Assembly (NCBI GenBank): GCA_020851115.1
Contig: JADZDJ010000177.1
Coordinates: 1,214 to 65,213, forward strand
DNA length: 64,000 nt
Direction of reading: 5' to 3'
DNA from: Pirellulales bacterium
Lineage (GTDB): Bacteria > Planctomycetota > Planctomycetia > Pirellulales > JADZDJ01
The position numbers were made by a program, and so were the translations under genes. How positions within the stretch are numbered: the stretch's first letter is position 1; every line of letters starts with the position of its first letter. This document shows positions 1-9,888 of the stretch, one piece after another. Below the pieces are notes generated by a model. The model was not told the origin of the DNA. It was given only the letters and a program-made list of their open reading frames with translations, and ran no database searches.

Positions 1-1
1 G

Positions 2-2701
2 TCGGGCGAGATTCCCATCAAGCCCGGCGATGCGGAGCATTCGGAATTGATGCGCCGCGTGACGGCCGACGAAGACGAACGGATGCCGCCGTCCGACCAT
101 GGCAAGCCGCTCACCGCGGCCGAGATCGACATCTTGCGGCGGTGGATCGACCAGGGCGCCCAATGGGACGAGCATTGGGCCTACGTTGCACCGGTCAAGC
201 AAGATCCGCCCGCCGTGAAACGCGACGATTGGTGCATTAAGCCGCTCGACCATTTCATTTTGTCGCGATTGGAGCAAGAAGGGCTGCAACCGTCGCCGCC
301 GGCCGATCGACGCGCATTGCTGCGGCGGGTGACGTTCGACTTGATCGGCCTGCCGCCGACGCCGCAAGAACTGAACGATTTCTTGCATGACGAATCGCCG
401 CAGGCATACGAAAAAGTGGTCGATCGATTGCTTTCGTCGCCGGCCTATGGCGAGCGCTGGACTTCGATGTGGCTGGACTTGGCGCGCTATGCCGACACGA
501 TGGGCTTCGAAAAAGATCCGCACCGCAATATCTGGCCGTACAAGGATTGGCTGATCCGCGCGTTCAACGCCGATATGCCGTACGATCAATTCACGATCAA
601 GCAATTGGCCGGCGACCTGCTGGACGATCCGAGCATCGACGATCTTGTGGCCACGGCGTTTCACCGCAACACGCAGACGAACACCGAAGGGGGCACCGAC
701 GATGAAGAATTCCGCGTGCAAGCGCTGATCGACCGCGTGAACACGACGTGGCAGGTCTGGGAGGGTACCACGTTTGGCTGCACGCAGTGCCACTCGCACC
801 CGTATGCGCCCTTCGATCACGACGAGTACTACAAGTTTCTGGCGATTTTGAATAACACCCGCGATTGCGACGTTGCCGAAGAATATCCGCTGCTTGCCGT
901 GCCACTAAAGGACGATGATCGCCCGCAAGCGCACGAGTTGGATGGCCGCATCAGCCAGTTGCGGCAATCGCTGTTCAAGCAATTTCAAGCCGTCGGCGAC
1001 GAGGTGAAGTGGACCCATTTGGCGCTCGACCAGGCGACGATGGCGAACCAGAACACCGCCCATCTGCGGATTGCCAAGGCCGACGACGGCGTCGCCGAAG
1101 TACTCGCCGAAGGCACGATCGCCAACAATCCGGTTTACACGCTCGAAGCGCCGGCGCCGGCCGGCGTCGATCGACTGACGGCGCTGCAGATTGAAGTGCT
1201 GCCGACCGACCCGGAAGCCGCGCAGCGCACGCCGGAAGCGGGCTTTGTGCTGTCGCAGCTTCAAGGCTTTGTGCTGACGCCCGGCGAGAAAGAGCCTCGC
1301 AAGATCGACTTCCAAGTCGTGTATTCCGACGAGGCGGAACCGACACTCGATCCTGCCGAAAGCCTCAAGGAAGGGGGCTTCGGGTGGAGCGCCTATACTC
1401 GCTTCGCTCGGCTGCGCAGCGCCGTGTTCATTCCGTCGAAGCCGGTCGAGTTGAAGCCCGGCGATCGCCTGCGGCTGACGTTGCACCAGGATATCGTCGT
1501 CGATGGCTCGCTGGCGATGTTCATCCGGCGTTCGCGGTATGCGATCTCCGGCAGCGATGGTTGGCCGAAATGGATCGACAGCGCCCAGTTCAAGTCGCAG
1601 CGCGAAGCGTTGGCCGCCGCGAACGAAAAGCGCAACCAAATCGCCAGCATCAATCTGCCGATCGCTGAGGAAAACCCCGAGATTTCCTGCCGTCACACCT
1701 ACCTATTCGAGCGCGGCAACTGGCTGAACAAAGGCGACGAAGTGCAGCCCGGCACGCCGGCAATTTTTCCGCCGCTGCAAAAGGATGCGCCGCACGATCG
1801 GTTGGCGATGGCCCGCTGGCTGGTGTCGAACGACAATCCACTGACGGCCCGCGTGATGGTGAATCGGCTGTGGGCCGAGTTGTTTGGCGTCGGCATCGTG
1901 GAGACGCTTGAAGACTTTGGCAGTTCGGGACAATCGCCGTCGCATCCGGAGCTGCTCGATTCCCTGGCCGTGCGGTTCCGCGACGACATGCATTGGAGCG
2001 TCAAGCAACTGCTGCGCGAGATTGTGCTGTCGGCCACGTATCGGCAAGATTCAAAAGCATCGCCGGAACTGCACGAGCGCGACGCGTCGAACCGTTTGCT
2101 GGCTCGCGGGCCGCGCGAGCGATTGACGGCGGAAATGGTTCGCGACCAGGCGCTCGATGTGTCCGGGCTATTGTCGCGCAAGATGTATGGCTCGCCGGTG
2201 ATGCCGCCGCAGCCGGAGGGCGTTTGGAGGAGCGTCTACAACGGCGCTAGCTGGAAAACGTCGGCAGGGGAAGATCGCTACCGCCGAGCGCTGTATACCT
2301 ATTGGAAACGGACCAGCGGCTATCCCAGCATGATGGCCTTCGACACTCCCAGCCGCGAAGTTTGCACGGCCCGGCGAATTGTCACCAACACGCCGCTGCA
2401 AGCGCTGGCGACGTTGAACGACGAAGCGCAAATGGAATTTGCCGAGGCGCTCGCCCGGCGGATGGAGCGCGAAGGGGGTCCGTCGATCGACGAACAGGCG
2501 AAGTGGGCCTACGAGTTGGCAACGAATCAGCCTCCTTCGCCGGCCACGGTGGCCGACTTGGCGGAGTTGTATCGGGAAGCGGTGGAAGCCTACAAGCAGC
2601 AGCCCACGGAAATGGAAAAGATGGCCGATTCGGCGGAATCCGCCGCCCGAGCGCTGGTGGCGAATGCGATTTTGAATTTGGATGCGGCGCTGACGAAATG
2701 A
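2..2701 (+). CDS. Planctomycete cytochrome c / DUF1549 (PSCyt2) + DUF1553 (PSD1) protein, 5'-truncated by the window edge
   Basis: Frame is open from base 2. Motifs: RMPP..WIDQGA, HWAY, LLRRVTFDLIGLPPT, YGERW..WLDLARYADT, CTQCH, NPLTARVMVNRLW, HPELLD, TPLQAL. Confidence 0.93.
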   Translation, partial: SGEIPIKPGDAEHSELMRRVTADEDERMPPSDHGKPLTAAEIDILRRWIDQGAQWDEHWAYVAPVKQDPPAVKRDDWCIKPLDHFILSRLEQEGLQPSPPADRRALLRRVTFDLIGLPPTPQELNDFLHDESPQAYEKVVDRLLSSPAYGERWTSMWLDLARYADTMGFEKDPHRNIWPYKDWLIRAFNADMPYDQFTIKQLAGDLLDDPSIDDLVATAFHRNTQTNTEGGTDDEEFRVQALIDRVNTTWQVWEGTTFGCTQCHSHPYAPFDHDEYYKFLAILNNTRDCDVAEEYPLLAVPLKDDDRPQAHELDGRISQLRQSLFKQFQAVGDEVKWTHLALDQATMANQNTAHLRIAKADDGVAEVLAEGTIANNPVYTLEAPAPAGVDRLTALQIEVLPTDPEAAQRTPEAGFVLSQLQGFVLTPGEKEPRKIDFQVVYSDEAEPTLDPAESLKEGGFGWSAYTRFARLRSAVFIPSKPVELKPGDRLRLTLHQDIVVDGSLAMFIRRSRYAISGSDGWPKWIDSAQFKSQREALAAANEKRNQIASINLPIAEENPEISCRHTYLFERGNWLNKGDEVQPGTPAIFPPLQKDAPHDRLAMARWLVSNDNPLTARVMVNRLWAELFGVGIVETLEDFGSSGQSPSHPELLDSLAVRFRDDMHWSVKQLLREIVLSATYRQDSKASPELHERDASNRLLARGPRERLTAEMVRDQALDVSGLLSRKMYGSPVMPPQPEGVWRSVYNGASWKTSAGEDRYRRALYTYWKRTSGYPSMMAFDTPSREVCTARRIVTNTPLQALATLNDEAQMEFAEALARRMEREGGPSIDEQAKWAYELATNQPPSPATVADLAELYREAVEAYKQQPTEMEKMADSAESAARALVANAILNLDAALTK

Positions 2702-2810
2702 GTTGAACCGTTCAAACCATTGAACCGCTAATTGACGCTTGTGAATGCGACGGAAGCTTTGCCCTTCAGGCGGCTGGCGTGGCTGAGCAATCCTTCGCGG
2801 AAAACGAACC

Positions 2811-4310
2811 ATGAACCACTTGCAGGAACTCCACCGCAATCGATTGCAACTGGAAACGCGCCGGCTGTTTTTGCACGGCTGCGGCGCCGGGTTGGGAGCA
2901 ATTTGGCTGGGTGCCCATGCGCAGACGGCGCGGGCGAACACCAGCAGCGCCAGCGCAGATCCGCAAGGAGCGCGCGATCCCGACAGGCCGCTCGCGGCTC
3001 GAGCGCCGCATTTCCCGGCCCGAGCGAAGCGGATCATTTTCATGCACATGGCCGGCGCGCCGAGTCAGCTCGAACTGTTCGACTATAAGCCGCAGCTCAA
3101 GAAACACGATGGGCAAGATTGCCCTGCCGAGTTTCTCGAAGGCAAGCGGTTCGCCTTCATTCGTGGCGTGCCGCAACTGATGGGGAGCATTTTTCCGTTC
3201 CATCAGGCCGGCCAATGCGGCGCGTGGATTTCGGATCGGCTGCCCCATTTTGAAAGCGTGATCGACAAGGTGTGCTTCATCAAGACGCTGCAGACCGATC
3301 AGTTCAATCATGCGCCGGCGCAGTTGCTGCTGCACACTGGCAATCAAAACTTCGGCTATGCTTCCGACGGTGCTTGGGTGACTTACGGCCTGGGGTCCGA
3401 AAACCAAAACATGCCGGGCTATGTGGTCCTGCTTTCCGGCGGCCACTTTCCCGACGCGGGCAAGGCGGCTTGGGGATCGGGCTTTTTGCCGGGAGTCTAT
3501 CAAGGCGTGCAGTGCCGCTCGGCGGGCGATCCGGTGCTGTTCCTGTCGAACCCTCCGGGAATCGACGGGCATTTGCGCCGCCAGGTGGTGTCGGCGATCA
3601 ACAAGATCAACCGGCGCGAGTTTGAGGAAATCGGCGATCCCGAAACCGTCACGCGCATTTCGCAGTACGAAATGGCCTACCGGATGCAAATGGCCGCCAG
3701 CGACGCGATGGACCTCAAACAGGAATCGCAAGCAACGCTCGACGCCTACAACGCGAAGCCGGGCGAAGAGAGCTTTGGCAACAATTGTCTGCTGGCCCGG
3801 CGATTGACCGAGCGCGGCGTGCGGTATATCCAGCTTTTCGACTGGGGCTGGGATTCGCACGGCTCGGGCGAAGATCAAGCGCTCAACGGCGGCTTTGTGC
3901 GAAAGTGCGAAGGGCTGGACAAGCCGGTCACGGCCTTGCTGAAAGACCTCGACCAGCGCGGCCTGCTCGACGAAACGCTGGTCGTCTGGAGCGGCGAATT
4001 CGGTCGCACGCCGATGCGCGAAAACCGCGGTGGCGTCGTGCAGACCAAATTTTACGGCCGCGACCACCATCCTTCGGCTTTCACCGTCTGGCTGGCCGGC
4101 GGCGGCGCCAAGCCGGGCTATTCCCATGGCGAGACCGACCCCATCGGCTACAGCCCCGCAACCACTCCGGTGCAACTGCGCGACTTGCAAGCGACGCTGT
4201 TGCACTTAATGGGTCTCGACTTCCAGCGGCTTACCTATTCGTTTCAGGGCCTCAACCAGAAGCTGACCGGCGTCAAGCCAACCAGCGTCATCAAAGAAGT
4301 GGTGGCCTAG
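2811..4310 (+). CDS. DUF1501 (sulfatase-like) protein
   Basis: Tat-like TRRLFL N-terminus; PHFPARAKRIIF.HMAGAPSQLELFDYKP, CLLARRL.ERGVR, WDSH, GEFGRTP, GRDHHP; typical partner of DUF1553 genes. Confidence 0.93.
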   Translation: MNHLQELHRNRLQLETRRLFLHGCGAGLGAIWLGAHAQTARANTSSASADPQGARDPDRPLAARAPHFPARAKRIIFMHMAGAPSQLELFDYKPQLKKHDGQDCPAEFLEGKRFAFIRGVPQLMGSIFPFHQAGQCGAWISDRLPHFESVIDKVCFIKTLQTDQFNHAPAQLLLHTGNQNFGYASDGAWVTYGLGSENQNMPGYVVLLSGGHFPDAGKAAWGSGFLPGVYQGVQCRSAGDPVLFLSNPPGIDGHLRRQVVSAINKINRREFEEIGDPETVTRISQYEMAYRMQMAASDAMDLKQESQATLDAYNAKPGEESFGNNCLLARRLTERGVRYIQLFDWGWDSHGSGEDQALNGGFVRKCEGLDKPVTALLKDLDQRGLLDETLVVWSGEFGRTPMRENRGGVVQTKFYGRDHHPSAFTVWLAGGGAKPGYSHGETDPIGYSPATTPVQLRDLQATLLHLMGLDFQRLTYSFQGLNQKLTGVKPTSVIKEVVA

Positions 4311-4471
4311 AGTCGCGACACGCGAGGGGGCGGCAATTCTCAGTTCATCCCAGGCCGCTGCGCCGAGGCCGGTGCATGGTCGAGCCGCGAATGCAGGGAG
4401 CTTCGCTCGCGGAGTGAAGCCGCGGCACTTTCCGCCACCGCTGAAAATTGTCGAGCACAGGCCGGGTGAAT

Positions 4472-5605
4472 TTACCCGCGCCGGTTCGCGGCGGTAGCAG
4501 GTTTGGCGGCGCGGTTGGATTCGGGTTGAGCGCGGCGAGAGGCGGGGTGCGGCTGGTCGATACGCAGCGATTGACCGCGGGCTGCGGAGGGTTTTTGCTT
4601 CGCTTCGTCGGCTTGCCACTGCCACTCGGCGGCGGCCTGTTCGGCGGCAGCGGTGGCGGCGGCAAGCGTTTGGCGGTAGGCGCAGGTGGAACCGAACTGA
4701 CAGAGGCCGACGAAGCGGCCCAGCGCGGCCAGCGGCGCGTTGACGCCGCTGCCGATGATGCTTCTGATCGCCGTCAACGGATGAATCAGCAAACTTGCAA
4801 CGCGGCTGGTTTCCGACCAGTGACGCCAGAACAGTCGCTCGGCGTGTAGCGCGGCCGTCAGCCCGGAGTGTTTCGGCGCATCGATGCGCTGCGCGAACAC
4901 CTGGCATTGGGAATCGAAGCGCATTCGCCAGCCGGCGCGGCGGAGCGTGAGCGCGAGATCGAGATCGGCCAGTTCGTCGCCGACCGCGGTGGGCAAACCG
5001 CCGCCGAAGGCGTCGAGCGCTGCGCGGCGGATGAACGCCGCCGTCAACCATGGGCCGACCGCAGTTCGGTGGGAGGCGAATCCGCTGGCAGGCTGCCGCT
5101 CCATGTCGTCCGCCGGCCCGGACAGGGATTCCGCTCCGGCGGTAATGGTTTTCGATCCTCCGCGGGTATATCCCACGCCGGCCGCAATTCGTTGTTGGCG
5201 ATCGGCGGCGGAATGAATCGCGGGCGCAACGGCGGCGACGCGCGGGTCGTCGAAGTGTGCATATGCCCGGTCGATCCAGCCGTCGGAGACTTCGTAGCCG
5301 CTGGCCAGAGTGTGGATGATGGGAGCGCGCGTCGCGCCGATTCCGAGGTTCAGGCACTGCACCAATCCGGCTCGTCGCGGCGCGGCGAGCAGCTTCACTT
5401 CGCCGCTGAGTTGATAGGGGTCGTCGTAGGGAACGTTGAGCACGACGATCAGTTCGCAATCGTCGGGGCGGCGTTCCAAGACCGAGACCAGCGTGGTCTC
5501 GAGACCATCGGTTGTTCCCAACACGGGAATGATGCAAGCCAGGCGAGCCACGGAAACCTTCCCTGGTGTTCTGTCGCCGAAAGGAGGATGTGTTCTCGTT
5601 CCCAC
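4472..5605 (-). CDS. Glycosyltransferase family 2-like protein
   Basis: LACIIPV..LETTLVSVL N-terminal strand, CLNLGIGATRAPIIH, DLDLALTLRRAGW. Start codon uncertain. Confidence 0.65.
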   Translation of the reverse strand: MGTRTHPPFGDRTPGKVSVARLACIIPVLGTTDGLETTLVSVLERRPDDCELIVVLNVPYDDPYQLSGEVKLLAAPRRAGLVQCLNLGIGATRAPIIHTLASGYEVSDGWIDRAYAHFDDPRVAAVAPAIHSAADRQQRIAAGVGYTRGGSKTITAGAESLSGPADDMERQPASGFASHRTAVGPWLTAAFIRRAALDAFGGGLPTAVGDELADLDLALTLRRAGWRMRFDSQCQVFAQRIDAPKHSGLTAALHAERLFWRHWSETSRVASLLIHPLTAIRSIIGSGVNAPLAALGRFVGLCQFGSTCAYRQTLAAATAAAEQAAAEWQWQADEAKQKPSAARGQSLRIDQPHPASRRAQPESNRAAKPATAANRRG

Positions 5606-5882
5606 ACCAAATGCAGGGACGAGGGCGGGGCTTGGTCGCCGTTCGTTCGACCATTACCACCCGTCCGTTAATTTCGGCCGATCTTTGGCTGCATGTTTAC
5701 CCAAAACCCCACGAATGCGGGCAGAGCGGCGGCACAGCTTGCCCAGGCGGAAAAGTTGAGTGCTGGCATGGGGGCGGCGCGTAAGAATGGCTGGAGTTTG
5801 CGGGTGTCGAGGCAAAAGGAACGGCGGTTTGTTTGGCCTTCGCGGAGCGACTACTGCGCTGCCAGAAACCGGTAACAGATAG

Positions 5883-7130
5883 TTACTTTTCGTTTTCCGC
5901 TCCCCAAAGTTGCACCAGTTCGATGAGCGTGCGGACGGCTTGTTCCATTTCCTCAAGGCAGGTCCATTCGAGCGGCGAGTGGGGATTGTGTTCGCCAGTG
6001 GAAAGGTTGGGCGTGGGGAGGCCAAGTTCGGTGAAGCGGGAGCCGTCGGTGCCGCCGCGGATGATGGTGAGTTTGGGAGCGTAGCCGGTTTTGGCGACGG
6101 CTCGTTTGGCAAGCTCAACAGCCCGCGGCTCGGTGGCGAGACCTTCGGCGAGGTTGCGATATTGCTCGACGATTTTCACTTCGATCGAGGAGCCGGGGAA
6201 CGCGGCCATTGAGGCGACGGCGGCCTGGCGGAGGTGGTCGGCATGGTCTTTGAGCTTCGGCGTGTCGAAATCGCGCAGCAGGATGCGAAGCGTCGTCTCG
6301 GCGACGCCCCCGTTGACCACGTAGGGATGGAGAAAGCCTTCGCGGCCAGCGGTGGTTTCAGGAGACATTCGCTCGCGTGGTAGCCGCGCGACGAAATCGG
6401 CCGCGACACGCACGGCGTTCACGAGCCGGCCTTTGCCGATGGAAGGGTGGATATTGACGCCGCGGACTGTGACGATCGCCAAGTCGGCGGAGAAAGTTTC
6501 GATGTCGATCTCGCCGGCGCCGAAGCCGTCGAGCGTGTAGCAGACCGTGGCACCGAGCTTCTTGAGATCGACGTGATCGACGCCGTGGCCAACTTCCTCG
6601 TCGCAAGTGAACAGGACGCGCACCGGACCGTGGAGAATGGACGGATCTTCCATCAAATGCGTCGCCAGTTCCATGATGACGGCGATGCCGGCTTTGTCGT
6701 CGGCCCCCAGCAGCGTCGTGCCGTCGGTAGTGATGATCGTTTTGCCAATGAGATTCTTGAGTTCCGGGTTGTTCTCGACACGAATGACACGGCTGGCATC
6801 GGCCGGCAAGGGAATATCGCCGCCGGCGTAGTTTCGGACGATTTGCGGCTGGACGTTCTTGCCTGTCGTTTCCGGTGATGTATCGACGTGCGAATTCAGC
6901 GCGATCGTGGGCGCGGCGTGTTTCACGGTCGGGGGAACCGTGGCCATCACAATGCCGTGCTCATTCTGCTCGACATCGGCCAGGCCGATCGCTGATAGTT
7001 CCTCGACGAGCATTCGCCCCAGTTCCAACTGTCCTGGAGAGGACGGATAGCAAGGGGCATCTTCGCGGGCGGTGGAATCGACCTGCACGTAGCGGAGGAA
7101 ACGGGCGAGCAGGCGCTGGGAGTTGAGCAT
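5883..7130 (-). CDS. pepT: Peptidase T (M20B tripeptide aminopeptidase)
   Basis: RFLRYVQVDS, SHVDTS, TDGTTLLGADDKAG, FTCDEEVG, IRGGTDGSR, GLPTPNL. Confidence 0.95.
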   Translation of the reverse strand: MLNSQRLLARFLRYVQVDSTAREDAPCYPSSPGQLELGRMLVEELSAIGLADVEQNEHGIVMATVPPTVKHAAPTIALNSHVDTSPETTGKNVQPQIVRNYAGGDIPLPADASRVIRVENNPELKNLIGKTIITTDGTTLLGADDKAGIAVIMELATHLMEDPSILHGPVRVLFTCDEEVGHGVDHVDLKKLGATVCYTLDGFGAGEIDIETFSADLAIVTVRGVNIHPSIGKGRLVNAVRVAADFVARLPRERMSPETTAGREGFLHPYVVNGGVAETTLRILLRDFDTPKLKDHADHLRQAAVASMAAFPGSSIEVKIVEQYRNLAEGLATEPRAVELAKRAVAKTGYAPKLTIIRGGTDGSRFTELGLPTPNLSTGEHNPHSPLEWTCLEEMEQAVRTLIELVQLWGAENEK

Positions 7131-7274
7131 TTTTCCGATGGGTCCAATTCAAGGGTTCATGAACCGCCGTGGCATCTTCGTGCCTTTGCGGTCGATTTAC
7201 GCTCCTAGGCGCTCAATAGGATACCAAAATCGCGATCGGTCGTCGTCTGGAGGGAAATCTGCTACGTTATCGGC

Positions 7275-8090
7275 ATGGCATCTTCCCAAATCGCGTATCT
7301 GGTTTTCGATATTGAATCGGTTGCCGACGGCGAACTTGTCGCGCGGCTGCGTTATCCGGGAGAAAAGCTGACGCCGGCGGCGGCGGTGCGGAAGTATCGG
7401 GATGAGTTGCTCGCCAAGCACGAGAGCGACTTTATTCCTTACACGTTTCAGATTCCGATCTCGGTGGCCGTGGCCAAGGTGGCGGCCGATTTCAAGGTGA
7501 TCGATCTGGTGCTGCTCGACGAGCCGCAGTTTCGGCCGCACATGATCGCGGACAAATTCTGGCGCGGCTGGGAGCAATATCGGCGTCCGACGCTGGTGAG
7601 CTTCAATGGCCGCGGGTTCGACTTGCCGCTGTTGGAACTGGCGGCGTTTCGTTACGGCATTGCCGTGCCATCGTGGTTCAACAGCGTCGCCAAGAGTTTC
7701 GAGCAGCCGCGGAATCGGTTCAACACGTCGGCCCATCTCGACTTGCACGAGTTGCTCACAAATTTCGGTTCGTCGCGGTTTGTCGGCGGCTTGAACCTGG
7801 CGGCCAACTTGCTCGGCAAACCGGGAAAGATGGATGTGCAAGGACACATGGTGCAAGACATGTACGAGGCGGGCAAGCTGGCCGAGATCAACGACTACTG
7901 CCGCTGCGACGTGCTCGATACGTACTTTGTGTTTTTACGCAGCCGCGTAATGGCCGGGCAACTGGAATTGCCGGAAGAACAAGAGTTGATCATGCGGGCG
8001 AAGCATTGGATCGCCGAGCGGTGCGACAAGATACAGGCGTATCGCAGCTATCTCGACAAGTGGGGCGATTGGAAGAATCCGTGGACGTAG
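7275..8090 (+). CDS. PolB-like 3'-5' exonuclease (DNA_pol_B_exo2-type, DEDD)
   Basis: ExoI LVFDIES, ExoII LVSFNGRGFDLP, HLDL, GKPGKMDV.G, ExoIII YCRCDVLDTY. Confidence 0.88.
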   Translation: MASSQIAYLVFDIESVADGELVARLRYPGEKLTPAAAVRKYRDELLAKHESDFIPYTFQIPISVAVAKVAADFKVIDLVLLDEPQFRPHMIADKFWRGWEQYRRPTLVSFNGRGFDLPLLELAAFRYGIAVPSWFNSVAKSFEQPRNRFNTSAHLDLHELLTNFGSSRFVGGLNLAANLLGKPGKMDVQGHMVQDMYEAGKLAEINDYCRCDVLDTYFVFLRSRVMAGQLELPEEQELIMRAKHWIAERCDKIQAYRSYLDKWGDWKNPWT

Positions 8091-8269
8091 TCCGGGCATC
8101 GAGCGTGCGTATCGCGGTGAGAGGCGATCGTGACGCGACAGGCTCGCGGGTGCCAAGCCGGCGCGCAATCTACCGCGAAGATGGCGGCGGCGCTGCTTTT
8201 CAGATCGCTTTTTGACGACGGAGTTCGAAGAATACGTCGCACCGGCCCGCGATTCGCTTTACGGGACAC

Positions 8270-8304
8270 TTGACATGGCCATGCGTTCTAGTGTACCGTA
8301 GTAT
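8270..8304 (+). promoter_or_regulatory. Putative sigma70 promoter of the XRE gene, overlapping a GTAC-N4-GTAT box
   Basis: TTGACA at 8270-8275, 18-bp spacer, TACCGT at 8294-8299; GTACCGTAGTAT at 8293-8304. Confidence 0.45.
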
Positions 8305-8320
8305 AAAGTTTGTCTCCCGG

Positions 8321-8866
8321 ATGCAACCGATGGCCGTTCTTTCCAAGCCTCTCGATTATGCCGCCAATCTGCGCCGGCTGATGGCGCGCGAGGGGTTGAC
8401 GCTGGCGGCCTTGGTCGCCCGGAGCGGGTTGAATCATCAGACCGTGAAAGGGCTTCTCAGCGGCACGAAGCGGTCGCATCCGCGGACGCTGCATCGGCTG
8501 GCCGGGGCGCTCGCAGTGCCCGTCGAGGAGTTGTTTCAAGACCCGGCGCTGCTGCGTCATCGGCTGTTCGATCGGCAGACGAATCCGGTGGTTGAAGAAA
8601 TCGTGGCTCGCGAGCCGCAATTGTTTCACGGGTGGACGTCGGCGGAGTTCGACGAATTGTACAGCCGCTTCGGGGTCGGCGGAGCGCTAACGTCCGAGGG
8701 CGCGCGCGAAGCCGCCAAGCAGATGAACCGCCGTCGCGAGCTACTCAACAAAGCGGCGGTGTTGTTGGAGTCGAACGAAGCGGAGTTACTGGAAGGGATG
8801 ATTGAAATGCTTTTCCGGCGGGCGACGGTGGATCTTCGGCCGATGGAATCGCAAAGAGGCAAGTGA
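8321..8866 (+). CDS. XRE-family HTH transcriptional regulator with a C-terminal domain
   Basis: NLRRLMAREGLTLAALVARSGLNHQTVKGLLSG..HPRTLHRLAGALAVPVEELF is a classic Cro/C1 HTH. ATG at 8321 or 8330. Confidence 0.85.
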   Translation: MQPMAVLSKPLDYAANLRRLMAREGLTLAALVARSGLNHQTVKGLLSGTKRSHPRTLHRLAGALAVPVEELFQDPALLRHRLFDRQTNPVVEEIVAREPQLFHGWTSAEFDELYSRFGVGGALTSEGAREAAKQMNRRRELLNKAAVLLESNEAELLEGMIEMLFRRATVDLRPMESQRGK

Positions 8867-8988
8867 CGAATGACGAAATGCGAATGATGAAAGAAATTCC
8901 AAATTCCAAGCGGCAAGCGTTTCGGGCAATCCAACTTTGACGATTGGAACTTCAGCGGTCATTGGTCAATCGATTTGGCCCATTCTGG

Positions 8989-9309
8989 CTAGACCTTCCT
9001 AGCCGCGCAGCGCCAGCGGGTGTTTTGGGCTTTGATTTGCACGTCGAGGATCGCCCACTCGGTGCTGTCGGGTTCGACGATTCGTTGGCCGACGGATGGC
9101 GCGAACGCGAAGTCGGCACGGGCGAGGTGCCAGAATACGTCGTTCTCGGTGTACGCGCCGGCGCTGTTCGCGACATCGCCCCAAAACATTTGACGCCGGA
9201 AGCCGCGAACGTCGGCGGCGAGCGACGTGCCGCCGCTAGTTTTGAGCACGATGAGAACGAGCGGATCGGCAACTTGAGGAATATCGTCGGGAGTGAAGCT
9301 TAGGGACAT
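8989..9309 (-). CDS. Phage head-closure / head-tail joining-like protein (gpFII-like), 106 aa
   Basis: Last gene of the head operon; beta-rich C-terminus PSVGQRIVEPDSTEWAILDV..RW resembles head-closure proteins. Confidence 0.55.
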   Translation of the reverse strand: MSLSFTPDDIPQVADPLVLIVLKTSGGTSLAADVRGFRRQMFWGDVANSAGAYTENDVFWHLARADFAFAPSVGQRIVEPDSTEWAILDVQIKAQNTRWRCAARKV

Positions 9310-9472
9310 GGCTTGGAGAATTGGAAGGAGCAATTGAACTGCCCAGATGCGAAATCGCGGATTGGACGAGCGCCAACGACCAGTCTTCACCGATCCGAAA
9401 GCGCATGGTTGGTGCATGCGTTGTCGTCGAGATGTCCTTTCGGCGTCTGGGCGTTTGGGCGATTCGATCTCA

Positions 9473-9685
9473 TTACGTTACGGCGCGCGATAGCACTTCG
9501 AACGGTTCGATACCGATGATTTTCGCATCGCACCAGTCGATCGTGCGCTGGAGCGAAGCAGCGTAGTCAGTCCACGAGATCATTTGGCCATTGATCGAGT
9601 AGGTGGGTTTTGGTTTTTCACGTAGATCGATCAATTGAGTGAGCGTTTGTTGGCGGATGAGTTGGAGTTGTTCGAGGTCGGACAT
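9473..9685 (-). CDS. gpW-like head completion (adaptor) protein, 70 aa
   Basis: Helix / beta-hairpin (PTYSINGQMISW) / helix layout and size of lambda gpW; located downstream of the capsid gene. Confidence 0.65.
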   Translation of the reverse strand: MSDLEQLQLIRQQTLTQLIDLREKPKPTYSINGQMISWTDYAASLQRTIDWCDAKIIGIEPFEVLSRAVT

Positions 9686-9788
9686 GGGAAGGTTCAGGGT
9701 TCAGGGTTTTGGAATTGGTGAAAGATGAAAGTGAGCCGAGGCAAGTTGATTCCTCGCTCGGCAAGCATCATTCGTCGATTTAAAGAGC

Positions 9789-9837
9789 CGCGGCCCGGTG
9801 GTGCTTGAAGAAGGCCGGCCACACCCACCGGGCCGCG
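9789..9837 (-). terminator. 13-bp perfect inverted repeat downstream of the major capsid gene (terminator or mRNA stabiliser)
   Basis: CGCGGCCCGGTGG (9789-9801) pairs with CCACCGGGCCGCG (9825-9837); 23-nt loop. Confidence 0.55.
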
Positions 9838-9888
9838 CGGGGAAAAGTTTGTTGAATGTTGTAGGAAACAGTTTGGTCGATGCATTGC

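Noticed and set aside
2766..4205. Long antisense ORFs (e.g. 2766-4205, 15037-16659, 62272-63882)
   Set aside because: Shadow ORFs opposite well-supported genes, as expected in high-GC DNA; no recognisable motifs.
9310..9472. Additional small head gene between the gpW-like and gpFII-like genes
   Set aside because: Only a ~28-codon ORF without recognisable features.
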